A stretch of DNA of 61,875 bases, filler included, from Globobulimina sp. (Eukaryota): NCBI GenBank assembly GCA_003354225.1. It is 19 parts of 19 records of this genome, joined end to end, with 100 filler letters (N's around TTAATTAATTAA, not from the genome) between each part and the next. Parts side by side here need not be neighbours in the genome. Positions count along the whole stretch, not along the records: positions 26,110 to 29,271 come from PIVH01003546.1; positions 29,372 to 32,533 come from PIVH01003547.1; positions 32,634 to 35,794 come from PIVH01003548.1; positions 35,895 to 39,055 come from PIVH01003549.1; 15 more parts are not named here. The stretch is one strand, 5' to 3'. Shown here piece after piece: positions 26,252-39,055 of the stretch; within the stretch, counting starts at the first letter, position 1; each line of letters begins with the position of its first letter. Position numbers and translations under genes: made by a program. Below the pieces are notes generated by a model, which was given only the letters and a program-made list of their open reading frames with translations, was not told where the DNA came from and ran no database searches.

Positions 26252-29220
26252 ATGGCAACCAAGTCACAAGAAAAACAAAATCCATTACGAATTGCGTATT
26301 ATTTGATTAAATATCCATGTCGTGTTATATTGATAGTATTATTCATCCTTATATTAACGTGCATCTTTGATTTTTTTAGTTTCAAATTTGAGTCAACCTC
26401 TGGAAACTCTTATTATATAATGGATGATTTAAATGTAAATAGAAGAGATGCCCTATACTTAGCAATTGATAATTTAGCTCAACAATCCGCATCAATCGAA
26501 CCAAAAACAACAGAATGGGCAAAATATACTCTTTTAATGATGTATAATACCAGAGACTCAACAAATATTTTACAACCTTCACATATCAACGATAATATTT
26601 TATACATAAACTCTACGAATAAAAGAATACCATACACACACTACGACCAATATTACCAACTATGTTTAGCTGACACCACTGATCCTTACACAACATATCC
26701 AGATTGCAGTTCCGCAGCAATTTATGATCCAATCCGTTCATATTTCTCGCAAATCACAAATGTCACACAAAACCATATTGATTTATTCATAGATTCAAAT
26801 CTAAACAATCCCTATTCCAAAGCAGCATTTTTATCCTGTTTCGAAGAAGATTTCCAAACTACCAGAAAATCTCAATATTACCGGTTTGTAAACATTCGTT
26901 TTTACGCTATATAGCTAGCTGTAGCTCTTATTTTTGTGTTTACGCTGCAGCTCCTATTACAGATTTGGTTTGCCGTTCCCTGACATTGACCCAACCACCT
27001 CCTCCTTCAAAGATGCCAGCGACGATACCGATGCCCAGGATGAGTATTACGCTGATTATATATTTCCGATCTATCAAAGCATTCAAATCCATGAAAACGA
27101 CCACGGCAATGTCGAAGTTGTGATCATGGGCAGCGAATGCCGCAGTCTTCAATATGGACAATTGATAACATCGGGTGTATTATTTGCTGCTGGAAGCATT
27201 CTGACTGTATTTTCTATCATGTGTTGGCATTTAGGCTCTTTGTTCCTTGCTTGTGCTGCCATGGTGCAAATAATGCTGAGCTTTCCCGGCGCGTATTTTC
27301 TATACAGATATCTGTTTCAGGTCACGTATTTCGATACGATGAGCACGTTGGTTATATTTCTCATTTTGGGGATCGGTGCGGATAATGGTATGTTTAGTAT
27401 GTTTATATAGTAATATTTAATTATATGCGTATAATATGTAGTCTTTGTATTGGTTGATGCGTGGGTTCAGGTTTGTTAATTGCAGTGTGTTTATGTGGAC
27501 TAAAATATATATCGTATCTGATTTTGTTTATTCATAAAGAGTACGAGTTTTGTATCAAATCCAGATGATTTAATTGAAAGAATGTCGTTTGCCTATAGAC
27601 GTGCTGCAAAAACGATGTATGTTATTCTGTAACGCATATTTTGCAAATTAAAATCATAACAATTATAATTACGTATACAATAAAGGATTGTAACCACATC
27701 AACGACTTTTTTTGCATTTATGGCTACCGCATTGTCCCCAATTATGCCCATCGCTGGCTTTGGTATCTGGGCTGGCTGTGTTGTGGTCGTTAACTATTCA
27801 TTAGTAGTTACTTTATATCCCGCTGTATTATCATTTTGGTATCAAAACATCCGGAAACATGAAAAATGTCCAGCATTTTGTGTTGCATTTAAAAAGAAAA
27901 TATGTGTGAATTCCAGAAACAAAGAGAAAATTTTAAAGCCCTTAGAAATGCAACAAAGAACAGCAAATATTGACAATGATACAGCAAAAAAAGAAGCAGA
28001 CACTCCATCCGTTACGTTTTGCATCAAATATATTTTGGAATGTTCCAACCAAATAACACGTTTTTAAGGCTCTGGATGAGACGAAGAAAGAAGCTCGCTG
28101 TATGGAGAAATTTCTAGGTGGGGTTTTTGCAGATTATGTGATTAAACTGCGTTGGTTCATATTACTATTTGTGTTGATAATGGTTGCTTTGTCGACATGG
28201 CAAGCAATTGGTATCAGTCCATTGACAAAACAGGAACAGTGGTTTGATGAAGACCATTATATGGAAAAAATGTATTCGTGGCAACAATATTTTGCCGGTG
28301 GTTCTGTCACGACATTAATTAAAATTAAAATGGTGTGGGGAATTGAAGAGAAAGTTGATCGGAGCGGTGTTACCTTTTGGGATACTGAAGATTATGGAAA
28401 AGCAGTGTTTGATGTTGAGTTTAATCCATCCACTGCTGCCGCACAGGAACATTTATTGTCGGTTTGTGATACATTATTAAGGTATTGTTCTCAGCCAAAC
28501 GTTTACCAAAAGTACTTATGATACGATATGAGTGTTTATACCCTGTTTTTGAGCATGAGATCAATATCTTAAGTGATTATACATCAATGTTATATGACGT
28601 AAATGATTATTTTGATTGTTGGATTTATGATTTTATGGATTATGGTCAAGGATTAGGACTGGAATATCCGTTTATGTTTGATAATGACAGTCAGGAAATA
28701 CAGCTGGAAACATATTATGAATTAGTCAAAAATTGGACCACTACGACGAAGAAAGGAGCAAAATATGCATCTGGCGGTCAGGTTGGATATATGGAGAATG
28801 AATTGAAATTTGCGTTGATTCAATTCGCGATTCCGCAGTCATACGCGGTACCAATGGATGAGAAACGAGAGATTTATGATATATGGGAAGAACTGATGGA
28901 TGGATTCAACGCAATGGCTCCAAACGGAGTAAATAAAGCCTACCAAATCGATGGCCATGCCTGGTCTTGGATGGCCTCAGAAAAAGGTTTTGTTACTAGC
29001 GCAGTGCAAGGAATTGCAATCGCTATGCCGTTGGCATTGATGTGTCTCATATTATCGACACAAAACTGGATATTATCTTTATTTGCAACCTCTGCAATCA
29101 TTGGGATTATTTGCTGCGAAGTTGCATTGATGGTATTGCAAGGTTGGGAATTGGGAATAAGTGAATCCATTTCTATTGTAATGATGATTGGGTTCAGTGT
29201 TGACTACGTAGTGCATTTAG
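26252..29220 (+). CDS. Patched/Dispatched-family (SSD/RND) membrane protein, multi-exon, 3'-partial
   Basis: ILGIGADN|VFVLVDAW, SPIMPIAGFG, GWELGISESI..GFSVDYVVHL; ORF fragments separated by short GT-AG introns. Confidence 0.85.
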
Positions 29221-29371
29221 GTATGGATAATATGTGTATATTAACTATGTTGTAAATATAATATAGACATTNNNNNNNNNNNNNNNNNNNNNNNNNNNNN
29301 NNNNNNNNNNNNNNNTTAATTAATTAANNNNNNNNNNNNNNNNNNNNNNNNNNNNNNNNNNNNNNNNNNNN

Positions 29372-31158
29372 TGAATCCATTCCAACTTAAAATCCGCGCC
29401 TTGTCTGGAATCATCCTCTTCGGCATCCAGTTTAAATGTGATATTATGAAATCGCACATAAAACCTATTTAATTCTTTGCAATATATATCAAACGAAACA
29501 GTTTTCTCCTTTTTGCCCCCCTTCAATTTATACAAAATCAATGTAATCCGCGCCGTTTTTTTGTCCATCACATTCATTTGACAGTAAAATTTGGCCTTAT
29601 CACTGCATCGAAATACTTTGGAACAAAGATAGCCATCCTCGCCAAGAAAATTTGCAACATCATTTCTCGTATTCTCCCACGTGAAATAATCTGTATTTCT
29701 AATTTCCGACGAATTGGACCTTTCTAATTCCAGCAAGGAAGCGGAATATCTCTTGAATGTTTTGTCTTCATTTTGTTCTATAAATTTGCCCCTCAACTTC
29801 GGCATTGTGATCTTGCTCATTATCTCTTTCTTATTTATCCAAATGGTCTTATTATGTCTAATAAAGCGCGCCAACAAATTCATGCCATACTCGTCCGCCG
29901 CACTCAACGCATCCTTCTCTTTCTGATAAGTCTCCGATTCCTTTTCTTTTTTCTCCACCAAATCCAACAATTTATTGAGTTTTTTCTGTGTTTTATTATA
30001 CTGCTTCTTATCTAACTGCACTTTGTCAATCATAATATTGCCGGCCACAATGCTCTGATACAGCGATAACGGCGCCATATCAAAGCCCACCATCCCGATA
30101 AATATGCGTTTAATGGGCAACTCCGCAAAAAAAAATAAATACTCTCTCTCATTGGGGTACGCCGACAACGAGGAAGTGTCAAAAAACGGATCGCCAAAAG
30201 ATTCCAAACGCCCAAACTCTAAAATGATGCCATTGTCCTCGCTGAAGTTCTGCGCAATGGCTCTTTGCGTGGTGGCACTGGTTGGGATATAAAATTTGGC
30301 TTTGAATTCGCGGAAATAAAATTTGCGATTCAAGCCATGATACACTTTCTCGTCGCCACCGCCTGAGGTTCCATATCTGTTGCCGTATAAGAAAATAGTT
30401 TCAAACAATAACTTGAGCCAATTGACCAACTCACAATGCCTTTTTTGAACATCTGACATGGTTTCCTTGTCACGCAATTTGCGGCAAACATTCTTCATTT
30501 CGCGTGGTAAGTTTGTCAAATCGGTATAGAATAAAATGGACGATATATGTTGTACGGATATTAATTGTTTGTGTGGGATGTTGAAGATTTCATTGAATTG
30601 CTCGTTGTAATGAGCATAAGCTGTGTTTTTATCGGAACCTTTACCTAATATGTCTTGGATTATTTGGTGGTTTTTGACTGCTTTGATGTTGATTTGCTGC
30701 CATTCGTGCATGGCGATGACAGATATTTTGTTGTTTAATAATTCTTCTTTTAAGCTGGGATAATTTGCGGCTACGTATGGATAATAAGTATAACTGGGCC
30801 AATAACTGAATGCTGCACCAAAGCCATACTCAAATATTTCCTCTTTCTCGTCAATTTCTTTCAAATCTATTTCTTCCACGTCACGTATGGTGGTATTACA
30901 GCGATTTGCGCGGTCATTGTTGAGGTTTGAAACTGTCGATGTATATGGTATTGGATTATAAATAGTATTTTTATGGATTGATGACATACATTGTCTCATT
31001 ATGGAGGGAACGCGAGCAAGATCAATATTGCCTTTTTCATCTTCATCATTAATGTTATTATCGTCTATTTGCACCTCATTCGTATTATCAATATTGTGCT
31101 CATTGATGTTATCGATGTTGGTGTCAGGTTCCAGTTTTATAGGTTCATCTGACGACAT
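29372..31158 (-). CDS. Protein with an ADP-ribosyltransferase (ART, R-S-E clan)-like domain, 3'-partial
   Basis: VYHGLN ... PTSATT..AQNFS..GIILEF ... SAYPNEREYLFF (ExE). Confidence 0.65.
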
Positions 31159-31317
31159 CACAGGCAAAGTTACAAAAAAACCATCAAAAACAAAGTTACA
31201 TAATTAATACAATACAACAAGTGTTATTCAACCAATCATATCGCGCTTTTCTTTTCAGGATTTGGTGCATTGGGTTTGTGGACGTTGTCATATGTTCAAA
31301 CAGCATAATCATAGTTA

Positions 31318-32247
31318 TCATACTGCCCAGGATTGCAGTCCATTGTGTTTGCCATAGTATTCTTTGTATGTTTGAGCAATCGGATGATAATTATACCACT
31401 GAGGACCATAATGTCTGCCAAATTCATAGTTTCCGTCCATGTCCACCTTGGAACACCAGACAAATCCCGCCCATTTCCTCTTTGGTTTAGTCGTAGCAAC
31501 CCAATATTTGCAATTCGGTTTTAAGCGTTGTGAGACACGTTTAAATTTTCGAATTGACGCAAATCCACACCATCCATTACTTTCTCCGTGCCACCAATCG
31601 GTGTAATATCTGCTGAATGCTCTATTTATGCCATCAAATTTACGTTTAGTCCATTGATACATATCATATTTCGCATAAACTGAAGTGTCCATTTTATTCA
31701 TTCTCAAAATCTGTATTATCGTTTGTTTGATACTCAAATATTTATATACAAAATATGGAGCATGATGGTCATTGTTATTGACAGCAACATAAACAATCCA
31801 TTTTAATGACAAACCACTGGGAATGTATTGGACATTTCTATCACATAAATACTTTGATAAAAAATCAATCATATCATCACCGAGAGACAGGGTTATTTCA
31901 TAAGAGATGCTGCGAATAAACCCAATGATGACTAACTTCGATATCAAAATATCATGCGATTCATAGTGAATATTTTTAACAGCAAATCTATCATTAACCT
32001 CTGAGGATGATTCTGTCGTATCTTCAGACGAGGAATCTGTGAATGTTTCTACACTCAAAACTGAAGGATCAATCACAGGAAATAAACGGCTGCAATTCTT
32101 ATCAACCCATTCCCATTTTGATCCAAATTCTTCTTCGTGTCTTAACAACATTTTATCTTCAGTGATTTTATATACTGTCGCATCTACAGTCTTATCGTTG
32201 TATGATAAACGAATCGTGTCCCCTTCACATATTGTCTTCTGTAACAT
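31318..32247 (-). CDS. Hypothetical protein with Tudor/Agenet-like N-terminus
   Basis: GDTIRL..DATVYKI..LLRH..WEWV..SRL; aromatic-rich C-terminal domain. Confidence 0.5.
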   Translation of the reverse strand: MLQKTICEGDTIRLSYNDKTVDATVYKITEDKMLLRHEEEFGSKWEWVDKNCSRLFPVIDPSVLSVETFTDSSSEDTTESSSEVNDRFAVKNIHYESHDILISKLVIIGFIRSISYEITLSLGDDMIDFLSKYLCDRNVQYIPSGLSLKWIVYVAVNNNDHHAPYFVYKYLSIKQTIIQILRMNKMDTSVYAKYDMYQWTKRKFDGINRAFSRYYTDWWHGESNGWCGFASIRKFKRVSQRLKPNCKYWVATTKPKRKWAGFVWCSKVDMDGNYEFGRHYGPQWYNYHPIAQTYKEYYGKHNGLQSWAV

Positions 32248-32385
32248 ACTGTAACTTGTTTTTTATTTTGACTCAAACGTGATCATGAAGTTGAGAAAGT
32301 CCGCTATAGATCCAAAACTTTATCCAAAACAATAACAACATCCTCAATATAAACGATTATATATCCGAAACCTCATCAGCTATAA

Positions 32386-32506
32386 GGATCTAAGGAAGGA
32401 TCTGATATATGTCAGATATATGTAGATATAGCTGAGATACATCTGGATACATCTGAGAAGTATGTAGATATATTTGAGATACTCTAGATATATCTGAGCT
32501 ATATCA
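32386..32506 (+). repeat. Degenerate 10-12 bp AGATAT(A/G)TCTG-like repeat
   Basis: Repeated agatatatgt / gagatacatct / agatatatctgag units near the contig end. Confidence 0.7.
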
Positions 32507-32633
32507 CATAATTATAATAGATGTAAATAAGTGNNNNNNNNNNNNNNNNNNNNNNNNNNNNNNNNNNNNNNNNNNNNTTAATTAATTAANNNNNNNNNNN
32601 NNNNNNNNNNNNNNNNNNNNNNNNNNNNNNNNN

Positions 32634-34043
32634 TTTCTACCCAAAACGCCAGGCTTTGACGAACGGCATATGGCTGATTTTAAGAATTTGAAGTTGATCG
32701 CAGACGGCCCGATATCCACTGTGTACAAAGCAAATATCCAGAAAGAAAAGCTAAAGCTGAGGGAGTCGATTGTCATTGTCAAAGGTTACCATTTTGCTGC
32801 GGATGAGGTGCGCGTCGGTAAAATCATCCAGATCTTGGTGCACATGGTGACGCATATAAGTTCCTCGCGTTTTGTTAAGATCCACGGCTTTATTCGCAAT
32901 ATGATGCAAGGTAACAATCAGTATCACTCTCAGTACCAATCGCAATCTCAACGGCCGATGTTTGGCATCGCGATGGAATATTGCGACGGTGGGAGCATTC
33001 ACAGCGTGTTCAAAGATGGTAACAAGAAACGCTATGATTTGATGTATAATATCATGGATAAAATCGGTATATTACAGGAAGTGGCCATGGCTATGAGCGA
33101 GTTGCATGCATTGAACACTTTGCATAGGAACTTGAAAGCGAGCAACGTGTTGATATCGAATAACGATGATATCAAATTGACAGATTATTGCTTGGATGTG
33201 ACGCAGTTAACAGATTTTACGCACAGTTTGGACGCGAAGGAGAGATCGATGAGGTGGATGTCGCCCGAATTGCTAAAGACGCAAAACTATACCAAAGCGT
33301 GTGATATCTATTCGTTTGGCATCACATGCTATGAGATACTGTCGGGGAGGAAGCCATACCATACGTATTCCAACGGCAATGGCAACTTATTGCGCAAGAT
33401 TATCAGCGGCAATTTGCGGCCAGACATCGATGATTTGGCTAACTTACCCGAGGAGTTATTGGTGTTAATGACCGATTGTTGGAACGAGGATATATCAAAA
33501 CGACCCAATGATTTTGACGAAATCATTGACGAATTGATTAAAATCAAAGAAAATTTGAGAGCGGAATGCATTACATTCGATGATATTTATGCTCGAGCGA
33601 GAGTTTCAATGCTGTCTGATTTCAAAAAAAATGCCAAAGGATTCCAGTCCTCGCCATTGTTGACCATGCAAAATGATCTCGATTCAGATGAAGATGAGTA
33701 TGCATATGATATACAACGCGATTTGCAGCACCAACTTCAAAATCAGCTGTTTGAGTATGACAATAATTCTGATGATGATATTAAGTTTGAGCAGTTATTG
33801 CATGTCAAAGATGATACTGCCTTGGAATTGGATAAAATTAAAAAGTTTGAGCCGAAGAGAAGAAAGTTTCACGCGAAGACGAAGAGGAGACCGAGGAAGC
33901 CGTTACCCAAAGCACCGCCGGTTAATAAGCAATTGCCTGAAATGGACAATGAGACTGTCAATGTCAATGACAAACAGGTTCAAGTACCGGATAAACCATT
34001 ACCACCCAAACCATTGGAACCATTCGCAAATAATGATATATAG
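32634..34043 (+). CDS. TKL-like pseudokinase with Pro-rich tail, possibly 5'-partial
   Basis: MEYCDGG, LHRNLKASN, KLTDYC, RWMSPE, CDIYSFG, CW..D..RP. Confidence 0.85.
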   Translation, partial: FLPKTPGFDERHMADFKNLKLIADGPISTVYKANIQKEKLKLRESIVIVKGYHFAADEVRVGKIIQILVHMVTHISSSRFVKIHGFIRNMMQGNNQYHSQYQSQSQRPMFGIAMEYCDGGSIHSVFKDGNKKRYDLMYNIMDKIGILQEVAMAMSELHALNTLHRNLKASNVLISNNDDIKLTDYCLDVTQLTDFTHSLDAKERSMRWMSPELLKTQNYTKACDIYSFGITCYEILSGRKPYHTYSNGNGNLLRKIISGNLRPDIDDLANLPEELLVLMTDCWNEDISKRPNDFDEIIDELIKIKENLRAECITFDDIYARARVSMLSDFKKNAKGFQSSPLLTMQNDLDSDEDEYAYDIQRDLQHQLQNQLFEYDNNSDDDIKFEQLLHVKDDTALELDKIKKFEPKRRKFHAKTKRRPRKPLPKAPPVNKQLPEMDNETVNVNDKQVQVPDKPLPPKPLEPFANNDI

Positions 34044-34500
34044 TCATATATTTTATTTACTCTTTTATTTATTGTACAATATTGTATTATTTCAGCAATC
34101 AAAACTCGTGCGTTCTTTCTTTTTTTGTTCATATATATTCAAAATTAATATATTCAAAAATATTTTATCTTTTTTGGTTTTTGTTTTCTAATTTATCGTT
34201 GTCAATTTTATTTGTTTTTGTGATCCCAAATTCTTTTGTTTGCCGTTTTTTATTTCAATCATTATTAGGTTTTGTATTTGCTCAGAAATAATTAAGGACT
34301 CATTCTCAAAATGTCTGTGTAATTTATGTTTCGTAAATTGATTTGTTTTTGTGTTTGATTTTAAATAAGAATATGGCCTGAACGTTGAGAGCATGTTTGA
34401 GTAAAGTTTAGCCACAACAAAAAAAATGGGAATAAATAAGTCTTAAAGTCATTGTATAATTCATTGAACTATTTCTGTTTCGCTTGCTAGTGAGTGATAT

Positions 34501-35016
34501 TTAGACCTCTTTTTTCAAAATCTCCTCGTATTTACTATCAATTTCGTCCAATTTTTCTCTTTGCAATCTTTCATCATTTTCAACATCACCTTCATTTACA
34601 AATTCTTCCTGCGCCTTTTTCGCTAAATCACGGTCATTTTTTTGAAACAAATTCAATACCGAATCTGCAAGATTTGCAATGCTTTGAGTTAAACGAGAAA
34701 GAGCTCCTCCTTCTTCACAATAATCACATAATTTACAATATGAGCAATACTTACAATATGTGCAATACCTATAATAAAAAAATTAATTCAACAGTGACGT
34801 GGCGCGTATTCGCAATGTACTATTATCACTTAACTCGCAATATGGAAGATCATCAGATCCATCACTTTCGCACGGACAATGTCGACATTCTTCGCAAAAT
34901 GCACAATACTTACAATATTTGCATGGTCCTGCTGTCTCGTATTCTGCTCCATTGATATGATAACATAGCAATGATAGGAATAGCACACAGAGCATAAATG
35001 CTTTTGACATTTTCAT
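34501..35016 (-). CDS. Small secretory Cys-rich protein (HRC Cys-domain-like), 2 exons
   Basis: Signal peptide; CKYCKYCAFCEECRHCPC..YCE|YCTYCKYCSYCKLCDYC..GG; acidic tail ending KKEV. Confidence 0.65.
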
Positions 35017-35065
35017 TGTTTCGACTTTGTTCAAGAAAGTTTTTTTTTGTATATATTTTACCACA

Positions 35066-35551
35066 ATGTCAGCGACGAATGGCTGGTTACGTAATGCTGT
35101 GTTTGGTTTCTTTATCGCAGGATGTTTGATTGGATCACATGTTATGGTTTTGTGTCTTGCTGGATTGTTTAGGTGGATTCTAAAGGAAGAACCAGAATGT
35201 ATGCACAATCTTGTAATTGATTTCGATTCAAATTGGAGTGAAGCATTGTATTATATATCATTTATCGGAATTGGAATGGTTATTGTTTCATATATTGTTA
35301 GCATGGCAACAAAAAATTGGATACCATGCTTATTAGTGATTTCCTGCAGTTATGGCGCATTAATTATAGCAAATGGATGTGTTACATATTTTTATGTAAT
35401 GACTTATCTAAACAATTGGTTTTATAATGAAGATTGTTCAAACGAAGACGATGTGGGATACGTTTATTCGATGCTAATTGGATCATATGTTCTATTGACT
35501 GTTGGCATCGGTGGATTTATATGCTGTTTCATTGCGTACCATCGTCACTGA
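35066..35551 (+). CDS. Small 4-TM protein
   Basis: Four hydrophobic segments; tandem paralog downstream. Confidence 0.65.
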   Translation: MSATNGWLRNAVFGFFIAGCLIGSHVMVLCLAGLFRWILKEEPECMHNLVIDFDSNWSEALYYISFIGIGMVIVSYIVSMATKNWIPCLLVISCSYGALIIANGCVTYFYVMTYLNNWFYNEDCSNEDDVGYVYSMLIGSYVLLTVGIGGFICCFIAYHRH

Positions 35552-35649
35552 TTGTTATATCATAATATGTAGAAATGTTGTCTGTGTGCGTATTAATTAC
35601 AAATAGTTTAATTGCGCTTTTTCTAAGTGGTTTCAAAAAAAAAAACATC

Positions 35650-35794
35650 ATGGTTCCTTGTTGGCCATTACGAGCAACTTTTGGATTATTTGTCTGTGGG
35701 TGTTTGATAGGAGGACATATAATTGACCTAGAAATCGCGAAATTGTTTGCTTGGATAATTGAAAACAAATCAGAATGTATGACAACTTATTTTT
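35650..35794 (+). CDS. Tandem paralog of the 35066..35551 gene, partial
   Basis: FGLFVCGCLIGGH..LF.WI..ECM aligns with FGFFIAGCLIGSH..LF.WI..ECM. Confidence 0.65.
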
Positions 35795-35894
35795 NNNNNN
35801 NNNNNNNNNNNNNNNNNNNNNNNNNNNNNNNNNNNNNNTTAATTAATTAANNNNNNNNNNNNNNNNNNNNNNNNNNNNNNNNNNNNNNNNNNNN

Positions 35895-36619
35895 TTGCTT
35901 TTAATTTTATATTGAATCCTTGTTTCTTTTTCAAGTTTTTATAAAGCGATTGCAAACCATATACATCAGCTGATCCATTGTCGCATTTGAGTTCCAATAC
36001 TCGGTCCTTTCGGTCTGCCGGCAACGGCGCATATGTCTCGCAGTGATATTTAAATATATTTGAGTCTTTGACAATGTTTGCTTTCACTGTTTGCTCCAAG
36101 GCTTTGTTGAATGTATTTAAATCTTTCATGGTTATTATACTTTGTGCGCCAAAGTCTATATTTTGAGAGGCATGCTTCGGATCTCTCGCTGACAAACTTA
36201 TATCTCGCACATAAATAACTGGCTCGGATCGCATGTTGATCCATAAACATTGCTTCAGTTTCATTTGTTTGAACCATATGTTACATAAGGAAATAATGGC
36301 CGATTTGTTGGGTTGTCCTGTTCCATAGATTTTGTATCCACAGACTTGTCGCAGGTTTGGTGCTCCTTCGAATCTGGGGCTTAATCGGTATATATTGTCG
36401 AAATGATCCACTTTGACTGTTGTTTGTGTTTGGATGTATATTGATTTTGAATAAAACGTACATCATAACAAAAAGAAAAGATATACCAAATCCTTGTCGC
36501 ATGAGAGATAATCCATATTTGATGGCTTCTTCGTGTTTACCTTTTTTCAACAATCCTAAATTCACCAACTTTGGTGGGTATCCTAAATCCACCAATTTCT
36601 GTTCGTCAGTTGCTGACAT
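35895..36619 (-). CDS. Paladin-like (PTP-like/phytase) protein, 3'-partial, 2 exons
   Basis: GAPNLRQV..IYGTGQP; WINMRSEPVIYV. Confidence 0.8.
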
Positions 36620-36716
36620 TGTCCAATGTTTAATGTTTTTGTTGTTAGTTAGTTAGTTCCTGATGATATTAGATATTTTTTTAAGGCAAACAATTTAATA
36701 AATCGCATCTAAATTT

Positions 36717-37724
36717 ATGAGTATTTGTCATTTGGAGAACATAGTAAAAGAATGCACAGAGCGTAATGTAGAGCCAACAGATGAAGAGAAATTATTTGAG
36801 AATCTATGGAAAGAGCAAACGGATAAATTGAATAAACGTGAAAAATATATTTCAGAATCAATAGAAATAAAACCAATTCCGATATTTGTATGTAAAGCAA
36901 GAATGAGAAAAGACAATGAATCACAAAAAGTGTTTTTAAACATTTGTAGTCATCATTTAATTCCAACGCTAAGTGTGCAGCAAATTGATATAAAAAACAA
37001 TGGTAAAAAGGAAGAAGGGATTCGCTTTCCGATGAGTTGTGGCTCAGAAACAAAGATAAAAGACAATAAAGGCAATGATGCATCGACATTTGATATTGTA
37101 TTCCATCCCGATATCATAAAATATGCAAATGAAAATTATAAATATAAAATGAATATTTGTGAAACCGCCGCACAAAATATATCGCAAAAAGAAAATCTTA
37201 TTATTGACGGACCATTTAAATTTCTGAAATGTGTATACAAAGGAATTGATATTAATAATAAGCAACCACAGATACAAAGAATTAGGAAAAGCGGGGCTGC
37301 CAAATTTGTGCAAGAAGCAAAACAATATAACCATAATAATAATTTATGTATTGAAGAGACGCAAGACATCAGACTCAAATATGAGTTTTATGTTATATTT
37401 GTTGACAAAGATCGGAAAAAAATGTTGCTGGGAAATGGTGAGAAATTAAGAGAGTATTTGATGGAATTTGAGAGTAAAAAGAATATTTTGCTGCACATCA
37501 AAGGAATAGAAATCTGTATTGATCTTACAAAGAGGTTTGGATTAAATGACTTGGAGTTGAATACAAATAAAAATGGAATACATTTAAAATATAATCAACA
37601 AATACTATTCGATGTGAGATGGAATAATATTTACAACAAAATGTCAGAAATTGTGAATTCGGATAATGTCATGGCAAAAATTAAAAACAAATGTTTATTG
37701 AAAATTACTTGTCCGTTCATTTAA
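36717..37724 (+). CDS. PIH1-domain protein
   Basis: PIFVCK..KVFLNICSH..IP..FPMSCG..D..G..TFDIVFHP..YKG. Confidence 0.85.
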   Translation: MSICHLENIVKECTERNVEPTDEEKLFENLWKEQTDKLNKREKYISESIEIKPIPIFVCKARMRKDNESQKVFLNICSHHLIPTLSVQQIDIKNNGKKEEGIRFPMSCGSETKIKDNKGNDASTFDIVFHPDIIKYANENYKYKMNICETAAQNISQKENLIIDGPFKFLKCVYKGIDINNKQPQIQRIRKSGAAKFVQEAKQYNHNNNLCIEETQDIRLKYEFYVIFVDKDRKKMLLGNGEKLREYLMEFESKKNILLHIKGIEICIDLTKRFGLNDLELNTNKNGIHLKYNQQILFDVRWNNIYNKMSEIVNSDNVMAKIKNKCLLKITCPFI

Positions 37725-37767
37725 ATTGATTTTGATTGCAAAATTCTTTTTTTTTGTTTACCTCAAA

Positions 37768-39055
37768 ATGCCAGTGATCATGGGTTTATTCGTTTTGTTT
37801 TATGCAGCCATTTCTATTGCGTTGGTGACAGCAGATAGTGCTAACTCATCCATCTGTATTTCAAAAGGTAAGTCCACTCACTATGTTCATCTAGAATGGT
37901 GCACGTGACAAAAAAATCGTTTATTCACAGGCAATTTTGTAGATCTTCGTGGACCATATCGATATCTTGGTTTTAATAGCACTCTAAATGGAAATATCTA
38001 TGAATATCCACGACCAACAAATGGAATTATCTATCTGTATCCACATATATTATCCACCAATTATTATTACCTGATATCTCGTACACTTTATAGGTTAATT
38101 ATAACGTCTGTCCATCCCACAATGTCCATAAATAAACCACTTTAACGTCGATATTGACTGTAAATTTGTATATATTTCCTATACGCAAATTTGCATAGAC
38201 TTGATAGTTTATTTAGGACTTGTTTTCCGTAACTAAACTCACCACATAATATCCATATATTTGTCAACATTCAGTTCCTCCGTCCATAGCTATTGTTATG
38301 TTGGAACTGTGCATGATTTAGGTGACAATTATTTATTTGATATCGATGATTGTCAGTATTGGACCTACTACGATGACACAGCGGGAGCATTTCAAATTTC
38401 TCCAGATATGGAAGCCTCAACGTGTCAATGTTACGTACTTCGATTTATATTTGTTTATACATTGCAATTAATTTCGATTTTTGCTTAAAGGGAGTGATGT
38501 TTGTGTCAAGAATTCAATGTATTTGACGTATCTGAATGCATATTACCAGTTTATGCATTGGAATTATACTACGAATGGAGCTGTATATTACAATGCGGCG
38601 ATTAATAAATATATTTATCCGCATTATACTACGACCTTTGCGCAATATTTAATACACGAAACAGAGGGCGATTCGTATGCGAATGCATTGTGCAATATAG
38701 GCGAAGTTGAGTGGTATTATAACTTTGATTTTAGTGATTGTACGCAGTATAAATCATGGTATCAATTAGCATGGACCGATGAACCAGATATGTTGATAGA
38801 AGAGTGTACAACAAGTGATCCAACAATACAGCCAACCACAGAGCCATCCTTACAGCCAACTGTTTATCCAACACTACATCCAAGCGTTTATCCAACAGCG
38901 CATCCAACGCATCCTACTGTTTATCCAACAGCACTTCCAACTGTTTCTCCAACGCAGCCAACCGTTAATCCGACAGCGCATCCAACAGCACAACCAACTG
39001 TTTATCCGACAGCGCATCCAACAGCACAACCAACTGTTTATCCGACAGCGCATCC
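37768..39055 (+). CDS. Secreted/surface protein with Pro-Thr (PTxx) repeats, multi-exon, partial
   Basis: Signal peptide, Cys/Tyr-rich exons, PTVYPTAHPTAQ repeats from ~38820. Confidence 0.7.

Noticed and set aside
26252-29220. Evidence for Hedgehog signalling
   Set aside because: Patched/Dispatched-like SSD proteins occur widely in protists without that pathway.
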